A DNA stretch of 64,000 bases from Endomicrobiales bacterium (GTDB taxonomy: Bacteria > Elusimicrobiota > Endomicrobiia > Endomicrobiales > CAWCFT01): assembly GCA_963794945.1 (NCBI GenBank), contig CAWCFT010000004.1:224001-288000 (forward strand). The letters are read 5' to 3'. Position numbers and translations under genes: made by a program. Shown here piece after piece: positions 31,662-42,700 of this stretch (positions are counted from its first letter, which is position 1; each line of letters opens with the position of its first letter). The notes under the pieces were generated by a model that saw only the letters and a list, made by a program, of their open reading frames with translations, had not been told where the DNA came from and did not search any database.

Positions 31662-31874
31662 GAACATGCTCCGTATTCAGGCGTTGAAAACACTACAATA
31701 CCGCGGCAGTGCCCGGCATATTCGCAAACAATAAAATTAAATCGTTTCAGAGTGTTATTAATGGGTAAAAACGAAGGAAAAAAGGCGTATTTTTTTGTAT
31801 TTGTCATTTGGAGTTGAAAAACAGGCTAGTTTTGATTTAATTAGCCTGGCTGCATAATTGTTTTCTTGTTTATA

Positions 31875-31904
31875 ATTATATAACATAAAATCTAAAATTG
31901 TCAA
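31875..31904 (-). promoter_or_regulatory. Sigma70-type promoter of the pil operon
   Basis: TTGACA-18 bp-TATAAT on the minus strand. Confidence 0.6.
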
Positions 31905-31942
31905 TGATTTTTCATGGATTTTAATTAGAATTCACATTGTTC

Positions 31943-31971
31943 TTGACAACTGACCAGAAATTATACATAAT
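31943..31971 (+). promoter_or_regulatory. Sigma70-type promoter of motAB, back-to-back with the pil promoter
   Basis: TTGACA-17 bp-CATAAT. Confidence 0.6.
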
Positions 31972-32072
31972 TATTAAGTAACTTTTAATAAATAAGTCAG
32001 TATAAATTGATGCTAAATTAAAGACAGCCCAGTTAAGCGGGGCCTACCACAAATACCGGGAGGAAAAATCGG

Positions 32073-32864
32073 ATGGATATTGCAACAATTTTGGGCATAC
32101 TTGTCGGACTAGGACTAGTAATAATATCTATTCTCTTAGCCGAAGGTGTGAAAGGTTTCGTCCCTTTCCTGAACTATGAAGCGTTTTTTGTGGTTATGGG
32201 AGGCACATTCAGCGCCCTGCTTGTGAACTATCCGATCGGAGAAATACTAAAACTCGCCAAAGTCACAAAAAAAGTCCTCACCTCAACTGAGCAGGAAGAC
32301 ACCACTCAAATTGTAACTACTTTTGTTGAACTCGCCAAAAAAGCGAGGGCCGAAGGCTTCCTCGCGCTGGAAAACAATGTCAAAAGCATGAACAATGATT
32401 TCCTCAAGCGCGGCGTCCAGATGGTTATCGACGGTCTGGACAAGGATTTCATCGCCAACATGATGGAAACCGAGCTGGGGCTTATCCGCGAAAGGCACAA
32501 TGTGGGCCAGGAAATATTCACAGCTCTCGGAACTTATTCCCCTGCCTTTGGTATCATTGGCACGGTGCTGGGAATGATACTCATGCTCAACTCGATCAGC
32601 GACGTAGAACAGGTGCCGCGCCGCATGGCGCTCGCCCTGGCGGCTGCATTCTTCGGCCTTGGCGCAGGCTACCTGCTGTTCCTCCCGATGTCCGGGAAGC
32701 TGCACCGCAAATCGGAAGAAGAACTTCTTGTCAAAGAAATAATAATCCGCGGCGTACTGCTTCTTCAGTCCGGAGCCGTGCCTTCAAGAATGGAAGATAA
32801 CCTAAAAGCGTACCTTGAGCCTTCCCAGAGAGCGCTGGTCAAGTCTGCGTCAAAAGGTGCTTAA
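32073..32864 (+). CDS. motA: MotA/PomA-family stator subunit
   Basis: MDIATILG, V.GGT, AR.EG.LALE, FLKRG..M.IDG, PAFGIIGTVLGMI, LF.PM..KL, EII..G.L..Q.G..P; GGAGG RBS. Confidence 0.9.
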   Translation: MDIATILGILVGLGLVIISILLAEGVKGFVPFLNYEAFFVVMGGTFSALLVNYPIGEILKLAKVTKKVLTSTEQEDTTQIVTTFVELAKKARAEGFLALENNVKSMNNDFLKRGVQMVIDGLDKDFIANMMETELGLIRERHNVGQEIFTALGTYSPAFGIIGTVLGMILMLNSISDVEQVPRRMALALAAAFFGLGAGYLLFLPMSGKLHRKSEEELLVKEIIIRGVLLLQSGAVPSRMEDNLKAYLEPSQRALVKSASKGA

Positions 32865-32910
32865 CATAACGTCATTGCCGTGATTTGTGATATGTAATTC
32901 TTATCTAAAT

Positions 32911-33568
32911 ATGCCTTTAAAACAAAGAAACATGATTCCCTATAGCGACCCGAGAGTCTCCAAGATCGGGCATCCTGCGCCTCCCTGGCTGATCAACTAC
33001 GCAGATCTGATGACTGAGCTGGTCTGTTTTTTCATTATTCTATACGCCCTTAGCGCCGCTCTCAACAAGAACATGGTCAACGCCAAGGAAGAACTTGAAA
33101 AAATGATGAAGGACCAAAAAATGCAGGGTGAGGTCAAGATGACCAAGGAAGGCCTATACCTGACCCTCGAAGAGCAGAACGGGCACGGCCTATTTTGAAA
33201 GCGGAAAGGCTGACATAACCGAACAGGGCAAAAGTGTCCTTGCCAAGATCGCGCCTATACTTGAGAAAGTGCCCAATGACGTGGTAATAGAGGGTCACAC
33301 AAACAATATACCCATACACAATTCGCAGTTCGACACTAACTGGGAGCTTTCAACCGCTAGAGCAACGAACGTGGTGAAATATTTCGTCAACGTGGAGAAG
33401 CTCCCCCCATCAAGGCTCGCCGCTATAGGCTATGGCGAGTTCAAATCCATCGCCCCTAACGATTCCGTCGCAAACAGGAACAAGAACCGCCGAGTCGTTT
33501 TTTTCATCAAGAACGACAAACCTAAACCTGGCGGGACAACACCCTCTGAAACCGAAGCCGCCCCCTGA
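32911..33568 (+). CDS. motB: MotB/PomB-family stator subunit with OmpA-like domain, frameshift near 33183
   Basis: PPWLINYADLMT..FFIILY TM with the conserved Asp. Removing one G joins it to YFESGKA...IEGHTNN.PI....NWELSTARA...GYGE..NRRV. Confidence 0.88.
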
Positions 33569-33698
33569 TCTGGAACCACTATACAACACTTCAAAAATCT
33601 CGATTATAACATCTAATTGTTTTTGAGAGATATTTCATAGGCGTACCGAATCATAATTTAAACTCCTCTCTTATATTTTCTTGCCGTCCATGGCAACA

Positions 33699-33740
33699 AA
33701 TAAAATAAACTCCCCAATATTTTAGGGAGTTTATTTTATT
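33699..33740. terminator. Bidirectional intrinsic terminator between motB and the giant gene
   Basis: Perfect 16-bp stem AATAAAATAAACTCCC / GGGAGTTTATTTTATT between convergent genes. Confidence 0.8.
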
Positions 33741-33777
33741 GCTCACTTTCATTGGCACTTAGCCGCAGCTTAATTTT

Positions 33778-36700
33778 CTAGTGTATTATACCTATCTTCC
33801 TTATAGCGGTCACAACACCCTGGTCGGATTTAACTTTTATCTGCGCTATGTATCCGCCTTTCGCGACCTTCATGCCGGACCCGTTAGAACCGTCCCACTG
33901 AACACGGTTCGCTCCCTTGCTTCCGCCTTGAGAGCCCGCGGCAAAAGTCCACGAATTGACCAGATAACCGAGCAGGTCGTAGAGCGTGATAGTCACTTCC
34001 GCGTCCTGGTTAAGAATATATACGATATTTGTCTTTGCCAGTTCTCCGCCTTTTCTTGTGTCAACAGGGTTCGGGAAGTTAGACACCGACGAAATAACCG
34101 ATGTCGGCAGGCCGGTAGTCGCGGGCGCTGACTCTGCGGACCAGGGGCCCCATGTGCCCGCGTTGTTCTGTGCCCTTATACGGTAATAGTAGAAGTGCCC
34201 TTGCGGCCTTGGGTTATCCGCGACAGAATTCCCGTTCACATCATGAGCAACACCATCGCCAACGTTAATGCTGAAGTATGAACCGCCTACAAAGTCAACA
34301 TCTTTCCAAACGGGGTTGGTATCGCAGCGCTCCTGGATCTCGTACAGCGACACGCCTGACTTCCAGTTTGGCGTTGGGGTCCAAACTACCTGATATATTC
34401 CTTTTGTCGCAGGCTGGGCCCCAAGTTGAGCTGTAGCGGGTATAACGCTTGTCGGCGCAGCGGGAGCGGAAAGGTCAAGCCTTAAAACACCCCAGGTTAC
34501 GGGCGTTTCACCCGCAAGGTCAGTTTCTGCTTTCACCTGGAAGAAATATGCGCCGTTCGTTACCTGTACCCCCTTGTAGTGGTTCTGTATTGGAGTGCCG
34601 AAACAACCGCGGGTTATATTATTTAATACGTTCGTCGCTTTGCCTGTAAAAGAGATTATCTCCTTGTCTATATAGATATACCCAACGCCTCCGCTTATAT
34701 TGAACCCGGCTGTGGCATCCTGTCCATAATTTGGATGGCCCGTAGGATACTCGACAGATACGCTTCCTGCCGTCTGGGTTGCAAGGAAGTCATCTGCGAG
34801 AAATACCACAACGGGTTCTGTAAGCGCGAGCCCATTTACCTGAATGGCCGGGCTGGCCGTTGAAGCCCATCCTCCAGAACCAAGTCCGCTTGACGCGTCT
34901 TGTGTTGTAGGACGCGTGCCAATTGCGGCCTTATAAGCGGATACATTTGCGTTTTGAACTTTTAACACGTTCCAATTCGCGTTAACTGTTGTATTAGAGT
35001 TCCACCACACCGCATCATTTATGCCCGGCAGATCGGTGCGCAGATTAACAGCAAGAATGTTGAGGTCAGAAATGCTCGTGTTAACTGAATTGTACGGGAA
35101 CGCGTTAGTCCCGGCTGACACCGCGGTGATAGGTGTAATGTTCATAGCCGGGTATGATACCAGCTGCAAGCCGGCCGTATGGCCAAAAGTAGGTTTTCCG
35201 CCGAGATCGCTCGTGCCTATGTCAACGCTCACGTAGAATATCTGACCGCTTGTGCCCACCTGCGCGCCGCACTGGAGCGTGACAATGCCTCCCGCAAAAT
35301 AACTTGTAGTGTTCGGATCAAGAAGCGGGGTGTTTATCTGCAGCCATCTCTTGTTGGGAATACTGCACAGGCATACATCCGCAGTTGAGCTGAATACTCC
35401 GGAGCCATTGTCTTGCCAAAGCTTAATGCGCTCGAAATCTCCATCACCCAAACCGAGATAATATCCCACCGTGCTGGGGTTAGAAGCTATCGAGCCCGTC
35501 TGCTGAATAGTAATTGAAGATATTGTCACGCTGTGCGCGCTGGGCACAAAACGCAGCTGAAGCACGCCTACATCTTTTGTGCCCGGCAGGTTCACAAGAG
35601 GGGCGATGCTTGTGCCCTGCACAGTAACGTTTATGGGGAGTATCTGCGCCAGAGAACTGACAAAATTACCTTGCGAATTGAATGGCGCAGTTGTAGGGAA
35701 AGGCGCAACGTTATTAGGCGCCGCAACGGTAAACCATGAGGGGGCGGCTATCTCAACGCCTAAGCTGTCGCCCGCGTACGCCGTGGGTGAAATATCATAG
35801 ACAACAAAATAGGTTTGCCATGACGGTTTCAGGCTTTGAGGCACAGTAAGATTGATGTCCAATGTCGGGCCCGCGCTATCCGCAGGGAAGTAGTCCGTAC
35901 CTGAAGAAATAAGCGTGTCTCCTGCAGATAAAGTGCCGCTGTTGTCTGTATCAGCATAGATTTTCACGTCCTGAACATCGGAATTAGTTCCTCCTGCAGG
36001 CTGGTTTGACGCTCCGGAACCTATCCTTTGTATCCTTAGTTTTGACCATACTGCCTGAGAAACATTACTCTGCATACGGAATTTCAGCACGACAACGTTG
36101 GTATCTCCCTGTGTAACGTTAACACCGGAAAGGACATCCTGGCTGGTCGATATATTCTGCCATGGCCATGGCTGAAATGTGACATTATTTGCATATTGGA
36201 CTATAGGAATATTAGGCGTTTGGTACGGAGATGCCTTTTGGAACGACACGAGGCCAGGAGTGTCAACCGTGATGTAGCCAGTGTTCGCTATCTGCAACCC
36301 TACTGTATCTCCTACAGTTGCCAGTGAGTTCAATGTGTAGGTAACGAAATAATTCACTGTACCCGTAGAAGGTATTATCTGCGGGTTTTTAAGCGTTATG
36401 TAGCAGGTCTTATTGGAGAAGTTCTCTGTGCCGTTAGATATAAGGCCGGGATAATTGCCGCTGGCATCCTGCGTTGAATCCACAGAAGTGAAATTACCGT
36501 CTCCATCCAGGTCTTTCCATATCTTCACCAGAGAAATATCGTTATCGACACAGTTACCCGTAAGGTTAAGCTTAATACCCTGCCAGATATTTGTATTCTG
36601 GTTCGCGGTCATTGTCAGCTCCATTATCGCGGTATCCTGGGCATTCTGGATTATGCTGGCAGGTTCAACAATGTTATAACTGACGCTCATTGTATTAACA

Positions 36701-39700
36701 GTCAAGCTTAAGTATGAATATCCGGACTGGAACGGGAACGGAGCGGGAAGAACTGTATGCACTACGTTTCCTCCGGCGGATTAACTTCAACATTATCGCT
36801 CGTATTGCACCCTATGCTTATTACCGAGCCTTTGCTTGAAGTTTGGTTGACATCCATAGTAACCCAGTAAACAGTCGGCGTGGCCGATATCAGCACATAC
36901 GTGTTACCTGAACCGTCAACTCCATCACCGGCAAGGCGTACGCGAGATTGGCCTGCATACGTGTTGCCGAATACGCAGGAACCGGTTGAAATTAGTGTCT
37001 CAGCCCCAATAAGCCCGGTTATGGGGTCGCGGTTGAGCACACCGCTGCCGTTATCCCTCCAGACCTTTATTGCCGTAATATCAGTGTCTTTCCCTGAAAG
37101 GCCTGCCGGCACCAAACGGCTGAAATCTACGGCATACCATGGCACCTGATACCCGTTACACGACAAAGTAAGTTTGAGCATAGGAGCATTCAGTGTACCC
37201 TGTTGGTAGGAGGGCGCAACCTGAGTCCCTGCGCTGTGCGGTACAACCAAAGTGTTCCATGCTCCGCGCGTAAGGCCGGTAAATGAATTATTCCCTGTAT
37301 TGACTGAAGTATAGAGTATTATTTCTGAGTCAATAACCAGCCCGCCGCTGGTAGGGAAATTAGCTACCGGTGAACTAATAAATATGCTGGTGTCCGCCGT
37401 GCCGAGGCTCTGAGCAAGAGGCGCGACGTTCAAGGCTTGAGGCACGACAGTTACCTGCCTAGGCGAAGCGGTGATAGTGCGCAAGGTTGAAACCGTAGGG
37501 TTGTTAACCGTTCCCAGGGTATTTGGAGTTGCGACCGTCATGCAATTTGATGCAAGGCTTGCGCCCAGAGTATTTTGTGGCAGCGCCGTGCTGTTTATAT
37601 CATAAGTAATAAAGAAACGCATTGTCCCTCTTGCCGCAGTTATGAGGTCGCTGAACACGTTCGGCGTCACGGTGCTCACAGCAGCTGTGTATGGCGACGT
37701 TGAAAGCACTATGGCATTCGTAGAGACAGTGATAAGCGCCTGGCCGGCGTTGCCCACGTTGCCGAAATAGCCCTGGCCAATTACATAATCGTTTGTAGTG
37801 CCGAGATCGAGTATAGAATTATTATTGCCGTCAAACCATAGCTTGACCGCCGTCACGTCGGAATCCTGCGCCGTGCCCGTGCGGTTGACCGTCAGCGTTT
37901 GGAAATACGCGTCGGACTTAGCCGTCTGGGCTGTAAACGTGAACACGCACTGATTGGTCGCACCCTGCATCAAGCCGGGGCCAAGCGTTGACTGTTGCGG
38001 ATTAACCGTCACGGTATCCGGATATTTCGTAACGCGGTCTATCGTAGAATAGAACGACACTGTCTGCACCTGTTTCGGCGCGTTCACCTGGAAATAAGAC
38101 GTATTGTTAATGTTGAGGCCTATCTGGGTTTCACCGAGGTTCGCTAAATAATCTATGTCGTATGTTATGAAATACGTTTTATCTTCGGCCATATCGCCCA
38201 TCGGCGATGTCATTATCTCCTGGCCGTTCTGGGTGCCTATGATCGGGATAACAACAGTTGAAGAAACAAACACCCATGTTCTGCAACGGCGACGATACAA
38301 GCTTATCCACTCCCGGTTCCATAAGGCCGTCACCGGTCGCCGTAACTGCGTCTCCCACAGAGTGGATTATCGGCGCCGTGTTTATGTATCCTCTTGAGAA
38401 AACATCCACTGATGTCGAAGAAAGTATCGTGTCATAACGCATGATCTCGTTGCCTATATAAAGAACACCGTGTGGCCCGAAGAAATTCGTCGTAGTCAGA
38501 TAAACAGTTCCGGTAGTTGCCGTCGTCATAGATTGGGCTAGTTGAGCCACACCGCAGTCCTGATAAACCTTTACAGCGTCCACATCGCTGTCGGAGTTCA
38601 GGCCGACGGTATTCCTGCGGTCAACCCTCAAACCGGACCATATAACGCTCTTAGCGCTGGTCTTTAGTTTCATGCGTATAAGCGGCACATTCGCCTGGCC
38701 CTGGGTAACCGCTCCGATACCAAGTGTAGCGGCATTGTCAACATTGTCAATAATAAGGCTGTCCGCGGTAGCAACCAGCTGGCATATGCTGGATGTCGCC
38801 GGGAAAAGGGCATATTGCGAGGGCACGGTGTTAGCCGCCATTACGCCTTCGTTGAAATGGAAGTTTTCCTTAGCTTCTATTTCCACCCCCAGTGTTTTGG
38901 TAATATCCGCCCCGTCAGCCGTTCTGGTAAACAATATAGAAATACTGTGTGGCCTGTGCTATCAAAGCAGGAGTATTAAGCGTTATATGCGCGATTCCCG
39001 TGTTGAATACCGACGGAGGGCTTATCGGCAAACTGCCGCCGCCGAACTTAAAGATACCCGTGCCGTCATCACTGTACAACATACATGAAACAACGTCATT
39101 ATCACCGGCAGTGCCTGTCATGATTACATCGACTCCGGTCCATATAGCGTTGTACTCGGGTGTCCAGAGGCCGATCTTCATCATTCCGGTCGCCGGATTA
39201 CCCTGTTGTATCGTCGGATACTGTGCAAGAGGTAGAGGACCGGAAACACCGTCGGGGTCATACCATGACGCGATATCTTTGACAGCAAGATAAACCGACG
39301 GCGGCTCTGTTTGGACCGTTGACGAAAAACTTGAGAACGGGAAATTGTTCACGGCAAGCTTCGCCACGCCCACGGGCGTTACAGCTCCTATCGGAAGGGT
39401 CAACTGCAAGGTCGCATTCTTTGTTGCAGTTGACGTCAGGCGCACGCAAATGAAATATGTTTGCAGGCTCTGTGTTATCTGCTGTATGTGCGCCGCATCC
39501 AACGGGATTATAAGAGTACAAGTATTCTGTGTATTGTCAACGAAAGTTCCACTCGACAAGAACTCATCTGTGGCGCTGCCATAATTACCCAGAACTGTAT
39601 CTCCTTCGAACATCCCGTCACCATTGGCATCCCTGTACAGGTCAACTTCCGCTATGCTGTCGTACCCTAATGAAGTGCCTGCGATATAAGTTTTATTCAC

Positions 39701-42700
39701 TGTCAGCGCTATCCATGTTGCGGAAGACAACACAAGCGCATTGACCGGGTTGATCTGCAGCTGCATCCTTATCATAGGCACGGGCCCGGGCCTGCTCGGC
39801 GTGGTACCATCCCCCTGATAGAGGCTTGTCGCGATACCTATATTCTGCTTTGCGGGGTTATTCGATTCAGGCGCGAAATCTTGAGGGGTCATAACGATAC
39901 CTACCGTTACCACGTCGCCGCTGTTTGATAGATCACGCTGGTCGCTGGTGTACCCGTATATATTTGAGTTCACGTAATCTGTCGCTCCAAGCCTGATCGT
40001 TTCCTGTTTCGTGTCCATTACCTGCAACGTTATCAGTTCCCCGGGCACCGGCTGGTTAGTATTAGGGGTTTGAGAGAACGTGAATGTGTTTGTACTGACT
40101 CCGGCTATCAACATATTTGCGGTTGTTGTTGACCCGCTGTTCCAGAACAATACTTTCCCGTTATAATAATTACCGTTTATGGGGTCACCGCACGCCGCGT
40201 TGCCGTACAGATCGCGGGCCTGCACTGTAACCGGGCCGTACGACAAAACAGGCAGCGGACTTGAAATAGAATACGGATGTTCAAAAGAGAAACGCTGGGC
40301 TGTATTTGGCGTGATAGTAGTTATCTGCACGCCTGTTTGGAGCCCGTTTATCCAGGCAGTGACAGGCACCGTACCGACAATATTCGACTTAAAGTAGAAT
40401 GATGCTTCAGCCTGGCCCGGAGTAAGCGTTGCGATATTGAGCGGTGTTTGGTTAGGGTCAACCGGATAATAAGTATTATTATCGGACGACGCCTGGGCGC
40501 CTGATTGTAAAGGCGGCGAAGCCGCAAGCACGTTAATATTCAGCGCACCGGCAGTCACCGTTGAGCGGTTGCTCCAGAAATCCTGCAGCTGAACAGTGAA
40601 CCGCGTGTCAGTGGAAACCCCGGAAGTGTAATCAGGGTAATACTCTATCGTGGTCCCGGCGATAAGCCTGCGGCCCGGGTTAATGAACGCGAGTTTATAA
40701 GGAACGTTCGCCTGCACATTGTAGCCCAGCTGGGCCATTTGCCAGTTACGAGATGAGAACACATGCACGTCCGCGGACAGCACATAACCGCCGGTTATTG
40801 TGTCTACGAAACTGAACGCACTTGAGGTAGTGCCTGTCGTTATCAATATGGTGCCGGTCGTGTTCTGCCAGCCATAGGCATCGGTGTAATATTGTCTTGC
40901 TCCCTGTGAATTTGATGATAGGCCTAAACGCACGCCGCTATAACCTGTATCTGGGGTGACTATAGGGGACGGGTTTGAATACGCATCCTGTGTTTGGAGC
41001 GTAAACGGCACTTCACCCGTGGTTGTGCCAGCCGTAAGGGTTTGAACAAACGTAGGTGTCGAGAACGCGATCTTGTATATAGGAGCCGCTATGATATCTT
41101 CCACCTGAGACCCACTGTAATGGTTCATATCGGTCGTTACAGCTGACAAGGTTGGGCCGGAGCCTGGCGGCACATAAGTGTTGCTAGCGCGTGTATCCTT
41201 GTAATAGAAGTTAACAAAATATGTATTAGTGGCAATCTCCACCTGCGTGACTTCACTCCAGGACGTGCCTCCAGCCGTTCCGCTTGAAAGAGAGAATCCC
41301 CAATAATCCGTAGTTGGCGACTGCAGGCGGACAGTTGAAAGGCTGGCGAACAGCGACGTAGTTGTGGAAATCGTTGGGTTTCCAAACTGGTCCTGAGGCT
41401 GCAGCTCCAGGGCCCTTGTCACCCCAAAGTTGTCGTAAACAGTATTCGCCACCTGTGTGCTCTGCGTGTTGCTGAAATCAAGATGAGTGGTTACGTTCGG
41501 GTCGACTATAAGCGAACCCAAGGCTTCAATGAGGTCACCCTGGGCATGAAGTATCCACGCGCCCGGCCTGTCATTTTCGCCTATAGGGTACGAAGACATA
41601 TCATCATAATAATAGAAACTTTCAAATGCATCCCCGGGCTGAATAACGAGCTGGTTACCCGAAAGAGGATTATCGTATGAGTTATAGAACGCCTTGTTGG
41701 GGCTGAGAGATTCCGAGAACAAAGTTACCTGGTCCTGGCCCTGTTCCGTGGGGTTGCCAAACCCGTCATATCGGTAAACCTGTATGGACGGGGTTTGTTT
41801 GCCGGCCGTAAGGTTAGTTGGCATATTTTGGAAACCGAAACAGTAGGGGTCTCCGCCGGTAGTGATAAAGCGGCCCGAAATATTTATGTAATTTGGCTCT
41901 ATATAGGAAGACACATTGCCGGGCGCGGTGAACGTTCCGATCCATATTCTTGAATAATCCCCGGCATGCGTGGAAACGTAAACGTAGAAACTGGGATACA
42001 CACCGACCGACCCGTTCGCGTCAGTTGTAGTAGAGACCCAGATTTTCCCTGAGGTGTCCTGTACAGAAGCCAGGTTTCCGGATGAATCCGCTACGTTGAA
42101 GTACACCGTCACGCCGCTTGACAGAATACCGTTATTGAAGGGGTCGACCATCTGCCCGGCCAGGCTGACATTTCCCGGGTTTGAAGGCGAACCAGCCGGC
42201 ACCAGCATTCCGCCAGTAGGCGTTGACGGGTTCGCCGGGTCAGTTGAAACGGATATTTTATAGAAGCTCCCGGGGTTAATTGTTATGAACGACAGGCTTG
42301 CATATCCGGCGCGGTCGGAAGCAATACTGGTATATAATCCGCCGTAAGATGCATCAAAGCACTTGAACCATTGCATCGGGTAAGTAACGTCATCCGCTTT
42401 CCTCATAACTATGCCTTTTACGAAATTGTGTTGTCCAAAATCGTTCTCGACAAAATAATAGTTGAGCGGCACGGTAGGCGTTCGGGGTGCAGGGAAATTA
42501 TTTGCCAAAAATTGGATATAGTGGCTGCCGGCAACATAGCTGTCCCAGCTGGGCCCTGTGGAAACAAAGTTGCGGTACTGGTCGTACGCTTTCACCAGCA
42601 CGTCAAAACCAGTTCCTGCCACAACTGGATTCGTAGCGTAATTCAGTGTGAAATAATAAACGGCTGCGGGCCAGATGCGGACGTTAGAGGACGTATTGGA

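Noticed and set aside
32073..33568. Zorya ZorAB anti-phage system
   Set aside because: The MotA-like protein is 263 aa, lacks the long ZorA tail and keeps flagellar-type motifs; no zorC/D/E neighbours.
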